DNA of 63,821 bases, filler included, from Octopus bimaculoides (Eukaryota), in NCBI RefSeq assembly GCF_001194135.2. It is 5 parts of 5 records of this genome, joined end to end, with 100 filler letters (N's around TTAATTAATTAA, not from the genome) between each part and the next. Parts side by side here need not be neighbours in the genome. Positions count along the whole stretch, not along the records: positions 58,531 to 62,363 come from NC_069005.1; positions 62,464 to 63,821 come from NW_026401713.1; 3 more parts are not named here. The stretch is one strand, 5' to 3'. The number at the start of each line of letters is the position of its first letter. Positions within the stretch are counted from its first letter, which is position 1. Below the pieces are notes generated by a model. That model saw only the letters and a list, made by a program, of their open reading frames with translations. It was not told the origin of the DNA and did not search any database. Positions 61,968 through 63,821 of this stretch are shown here, piece by piece. Made by a program: the position numbers and the translations under genes.

Positions 61968-62363
61968 AGTGGAGGCGCAATGGCCCATTGGTTAGGGCAG
62001 CGGAATCGCGGTCATAGGGTTGCGGTTTCGATTCCCAGACCGGGCGTTGTGAGTGTTTATGAAGCGAAAACACCTAAAGCTCCTCCACGATGCTCTGGCA
62101 GGGAATGGGTGGCGAACCCTGCTGTACTCTTTCACCACAACTTTCTCTCACTCTTTCTTCCTGTTTCTGTTGTGCCTGTAATTCAAAGGGTCAGCCTTGT
62201 CACACTCTGTGTCACGCTGAATATCCCCGAGAACTACGTCAAGGGTACATGTGTCTGTGGAGTGCTCAGCCATTTATTTGCACGTTAATTTCACGAGCAG
62301 GCTGTTCCGTTGATCGGATCAACTGGAACCCTCGACGTCGTAAGCAACGGAGTGCTAACAACT
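61968..62363 (+). mobile_element. SINE family D (tRNA-Arg-like head), full-length copy of about 395 bp
   Basis: Head GGCGCAATGGCCCA.TGGTTAGGGCAGCGGA.TCG.GGTCATAGG..GGTTTCGATTCCC. Closely similar copies at 26460-26822(-), 39487-39792(-) and 57387-57758(-). Confidence 0.85.
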
Positions 62364-62463
62364 NNNNNNNNNNNNNNNNNNNNNNNNNNNNNNNNNNNNN
62401 NNNNNNNTTAATTAATTAANNNNNNNNNNNNNNNNNNNNNNNNNNNNNNNNNNNNNNNNNNNN

Positions 62464-62498
<35 letters not shown>

Positions 62499-62933
62499 CG
62501 TGCGTGCGTGTCTTTGTGTCTGTGTTTGTCTCCTCATCATCACCGTTTGACAACCGGTGCAGATGTGTTTACGTTCCCGTAACTTAGCGGTTCAGCAAAA
62601 AGAGATCCGATATAAGCAATATCAGGCTTAAAAAAAAATTAGTCCTGGAGTCGATTTGTTCTGCTAAACCCATTGAAGGCGGTGCTCCAGCATGGCCGCA
62701 GTCAAATGACAGAAATTAGCATAAGACTATATATATATACAAAGAATATATATACATGTATACACACATATATGTACATACTTACATCTACATGTGTATA
62801 TACATGCATATCAGGGTACAGGACGTTAGAACAATAAACTACAGACAACGGAACGAACACATAGGAAAACGGAAAGCCCCTTGGAATATCCCTTCATCAG
62901 CTGTCTCTATTCTATCTAGACGTTTCGAAGACC

Positions 62934-62973
<40 letters not shown>

Positions 62974-62989
62974 TATATATTAAACACAT

Positions 62990-63192
62990 ATATATATTAA
63001 ACCGCCCGGTGTGTGTATATATTGTGTGTATATATTAAACCACCTTGTATGTGTATATATTGAACAGTCTTATGTATGTATTATTAAACCGCCTTATATG
63101 TGTATATATTAAAACGCCTTATGTGCGTATATATTAAACCTCCTTATGTGTCTATATATTAAACCACTTTATGTGTGTATGTTGTAAACCAT
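62990..63192. repeat. 25-bp minisatellite, about 8 copies
   Basis: Unit approximately TATATATTAAACCGCCTTATGTGTG. Confidence 0.85.
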
Positions 63193-63781
63193 ATCTCCCA
63201 TCAAGTAAATGAATATAATTATTCAAGACAGATTAAACCATATTCAATGTCAATTATAATAAAAACGCCTGTGAATTTTTTCTCAAACATTTTCATTCAA
63301 ACACTTTAAATAAGACATTTAGTTTTATATAAAACCTCAAACGTATCCGCTTGTTTCGGTACATGTACTTTTACGCTGATTGCACCATAGAAATTTTAGT
63401 GCATTATTTCAAGCTGAAATTCATTAATCCTGTCATTACTATATTTCTAATTAAATATGTTGCTTTTACTTTTTGTTTTAAAATTTTCAATTTAATTTCG
63501 AAACTAATCAAGAATCTAGAGGCATATATATTTTTTTATATTGAACTGGTTTTTTTTTTTCGTTTTACTGTATGTATCGTATTTACGGTTTTCGAGTCGA
63601 AAAAACTGTGTTCGTACATGTCGTAAGAGGCGATTAAGGCGGTTATTTGTAAGAAAGCTCATTCCACTGTAAAACGCTGCCTTCTGGATAAAAAAGAAAA
63701 AAATTCGTCGAACCCATACCGGCAGGGAAAACTCAGACGTAAAACATCGACGACGATGATGGTGAAACAGAAGCAGCAGCT

Positions 63782-63821
63782 GAAGAAGAAGAAGAAGAAG
63801 AAGAAGAAGAAGAAGAAGAAG
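63782..63821. repeat. (GAA)n microsatellite running off the window end
   Basis: Direct read. Confidence 0.95.

Noticed and set aside
61968-62045. tRNA-like sequence (also 57690-57758 and the heads of SINE A and C) as real tRNA genes
   Set aside because: No acceptor-stem closure or canonical anticodon loop, and each is followed by the same long SINE body.

Overview
AT-rich, microsatellite- and SINE-dense animal genomic DNA with many assembly gaps. The repeat landscape resembles an octopus or other coleoid cephalopod; this is an inference and no search was run. The left part (1-28.6 kb) holds two convergent, intron-rich genes that I reconstructed by hand with phase-consistent GT-AG junctions. 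On the + strand are the last 14 coding exons (474 aa to stop) of prolyl endopeptidase PREP, with an intact Ser-Asp-His triad. On the - strand are the last 10 coding exons (416 aa to stop) of a gamma-glutamyltranspeptidase-family gene. It has an intact catalytic Thr but Asn in place of the first oxyanion-hole Gly, and a GGT7-like loop. The 5' ends of both genes were not found. The right part (29-63.8 kb) contains no recognisable host exon. It is a transposon graveyard with a maT/DD37D-like element, mariner, CR1, Penelope GIY-YIG, RLE-type non-LTR and Tx1-like remnants, MITEs and four tRNA-SINE-like families. The most interesting unexplained structure is a set of long inverted repeats (foldbacks) in or next to the two transcripts, hammerhead-ribozyme-like cores, a CR1-RT/Penelope-endonuclease fusion and active-site substitutions in both enzymes. 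No CRISPR array, rRNA or true tRNA gene was seen. Repeat boundaries are approximate, about +/-20 bp.
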